The notes under the pieces were generated by a model that was not told the DNA's origin, searched no databases, and was given only the letters and a program-made list of their open reading frames with translations. The position numbers and the translations under genes were made by a program. A DNA stretch of 64,000 nt from Escherichia phage KKE7M: the sequence record PQ356295.1; one strand, given 5' to 3'. Each line of letters begins with the position of its first letter. The first letter of the stretch is position 1. This document shows, one piece after another, positions 62,102 to 64,000 of this stretch.

Positions 62102-63034
62102 GTGGCTAAGTTCAACTGTGATGACCTGATTGCAAAAGGTTTAGTGCATAAAAAAGAAGTTAAATCTGGAGAGTATGCTGGTCTTGCTGTACTTAAATAC
62201 AAAAACAATGTATTCTGGGACAATTTGTGGGACGTAGACAAACGCCTTCTAGATTGTCGTGGGTTGGTTGTTGACTCAGAAGACAATGTTGTTATTTGGC
62301 CTTTTACTAAAATCTTTAATCGTTTTGAAAATGGTACAGATCTTCCAGCAGACCAACTTGTAGATGCTGTCCGTAAAGTAAACGGTTTTATGGCATCTGT
62401 AGGTGTGTACAAAGGGAAACTTGTTGTATCAACAACAGGGAGCCTAGAATCAGATTTTGCAATTATGGCAAAGAACCGTATTGTTTCCGAGTGTGACGAC
62501 ATAGAGTATTTCATTAAGTGGACAGAAAGTGCAAAAGCAACTTTTCTTTTTGAAATCTGTGATCCTTCTGATCCACATATTGTCGAAGAAGAACCAGGCG
62601 CGTACTTAATTGGAGCAAGAATTCAAAACCTGGATGGGACAAGTTTCATGTTACCTGAAGGTGTTCTTGATGGGATTGCATCTGTTACAAAGTTTAAACG
62701 TCCTGAAGTTTATCCGATGATTAAATTTTCAGATGTTGTTGAAATGTCTAAACATTGTAGACACGAAGGCTTTGTTGTTCGTGAAACAAACTATCCGTTT
62801 AACTTACTCTTAAAGATTAAGTCACCATACTATCTTGCTAAGAAGTTCCTTATGCGTGGTGGTAATAAGAAGTGGGATATGATTTGGGACAACCCAAACA
62901 ATGCTAAACAAATTGTTGACGAAGAATATTATACTTTGCTAGAATGGCTTCGAAATAATTTTACGAAGGTTCAATGGGCTGCTCTAGATTCACAAGAGCG
63001 ACGTAAAGAAATAGAAAACTTCTTTGGAGGCTAA
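62102..63034 (+). CDS. ATP-dependent RNA ligase (Rnl-type nucleotidyltransferase)
   Basis: GTG start; motif I-like KVNG, motif IV-like EGFVVRE, motif V-like LLKIKSP. Confidence 0.65.
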   Translation: MAKFNCDDLIAKGLVHKKEVKSGEYAGLAVLKYKNNVFWDNLWDVDKRLLDCRGLVVDSEDNVVIWPFTKIFNRFENGTDLPADQLVDAVRKVNGFMASVGVYKGKLVVSTTGSLESDFAIMAKNRIVSECDDIEYFIKWTESAKATFLFEICDPSDPHIVEEEPGAYLIGARIQNLDGTSFMLPEGVLDGIASVTKFKRPEVYPMIKFSDVVEMSKHCRHEGFVVRETNYPFNLLLKIKSPYYLAKKFLMRGGNKKWDMIWDNPNNAKQIVDEEYYTLLEWLRNNFTKVQWAALDSQERRKEIENFFGG

Positions 63035-63439
63035 ATGAAACAACTTATCATTTTACGTGGTGTTTCAGGCGCAGGTAAATCTACAGTAGCAGAAATTATT
63101 TCTGAAGGTTATTGGCCTATCTGTGAGGCAGATCAATATCATTACACAGAAAACGGTGTTTACGATTGGAAGCCAGAAAATGTAGGTAAAGCACACGCAT
63201 GGTGTCAGAGTATTGTTCGTGATGCTATGGCATCTAATATTAAAAAGATTATTGTCTCTAACACTTCAACCACAGAGAAAGAACTTAAACCTTATTTTAC
63301 TCTTGCTGAAGAGTTTGGTTATCAAGTTATCTCTTTAGTTGTTGAAAATAGGCACGGTAACGACTCAATTCATGAGGTTCCACAACATACTCGTGATCAG
63401 CAAGAGAAACGTCTTCGCAGTTCACTTAAGCTACAATAA
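63035..63439 (+). CDS. Polynucleotide 5'-kinase (T4 Pnk kinase-domain-like P-loop protein, no phosphatase domain)
   Basis: Walker A GVSGAGKST; IIVSNTST and LAEEFGYQV blocks parallel the T4 Pnk kinase domain; 134 aa. Confidence 0.65.
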   Translation: MKQLIILRGVSGAGKSTVAEIISEGYWPICEADQYHYTENGVYDWKPENVGKAHAWCQSIVRDAMASNIKKIIVSNTSTTEKELKPYFTLAEEFGYQVISLVVENRHGNDSIHEVPQHTRDQQEKRLRSSLKLQ

Positions 63440-63448
63440 GGAGAGTGT

Positions 63449-63769
63449 ATGGAAATTTATTCTGGTGAAGGTAAGTATTTTACAGTAGTCGATAATGGTG
63501 AAATTATTATTTATCGCTACGGAAGTGAGTGGAGGAACGAGACAGGAGACGGTTATATCTTATCTTTGCTCCATTTGATTAATGATCTTAAGGAAGAACT
63601 TGAAGAAACAAAACGTTCATATGATGACCAAGTAGATTCATTAGAAAACATTATTTCAGATCTAAATGAAGAAGTTTGTTATTTGAGTGGACAAGTTTCA
63701 GAGTTAACACTGGAATGTGAAGATTTAGGTGATGTTATTGCAGATTTAAATGAACGTCTTAAGGATTAA
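63449..63769 (+). CDS. Hypothetical coiled-coil protein (106 aa)
   Basis: ORF with AAGGAG RBS. Confidence 0.5.
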   Translation: MEIYSGEGKYFTVVDNGEIIIYRYGSEWRNETGDGYILSLLHLINDLKEELEETKRSYDDQVDSLENIISDLNEEVCYLSGQVSELTLECEDLGDVIADLNERLKD

Positions 63770-63772
63770 TAT

Positions 63773-63997
63773 ATGAGTACAGCTATCTATGTTAAAGGTG
63801 TAAGCGAAGATCAACAAATGTTATTCTCATTTGGTGAGAATACTGAAATGGAAGATATGTTTAATGATATCCTTGATGCCCTTTCTTCGGAAGGGTTCAC
63901 AATGATTACATACTTTATGGCAACATCTTCTGAATACGTTGATACAGATCTTGAAGACTTGATGGAAGAGATTCAAACTCTTGTGTATAATTGGTAA
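63773..63997 (+). CDS. Hypothetical acidic protein (74 aa)
   Basis: ORF with ATG shortly after upstream stop. Confidence 0.5.
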   Translation: MSTAIYVKGVSEDQQMLFSFGENTEMEDMFNDILDALSSEGFTMITYFMATSSEYVDTDLEDLMEEIQTLVYNW

Positions 63998-64000
63998 GGG

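Overview
This 64-kb window reads as part of a virulent tailed phage (myovirus-type) genome, AT-rich (roughly 38-40% GC) and densely packed. Layout: (1) 1-13.1 kb, plus strand: early and replication genes, including a signal-peptide cell-wall hydrolase, a GT-A-like glycosyltransferase plus two tandem paralogous GT-B-like genes, a T7-gp4-like primase-helicase, a family A DNA polymerase, a minimal CCA-type nucleotidyltransferase, an SSB and a DNA methyltransferase. (2) 13.15-52.3 kb, minus strand: one long morphogenesis block running tail fibers, baseplate, tape measure, chaperone with a -1 frameshift site, tube, sheath, head, portal, a large terminase interrupted by a mini-intein, and an overlapping spanin pair. 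(3) 52.3-55.3 kb, minus strand: an array of about 18 tRNA genes, several non-canonical, with an embedded HNH endonuclease and three near-identical sigma70-type promoters. (4) 55.2-58.7 kb, minus strand: a Nampt-like and a PRPP-synthetase-like gene pair. (5) 59-64 kb, plus strand: small ORFs followed by a translationally coupled phosphoesterase / RNA ligase / Pnk-like kinase operon. The most interesting content is the apparent counter-defence equipment: the NAD+ module, the split RNA-repair operon, the CCA-type enzyme and the tRNA array. All calls rest on manual reading of the sequence and ORF track; no database search or folding program was run, and function calls are motif-based. The gene content resembles Felix O1-like myoviruses, which is an inference only.
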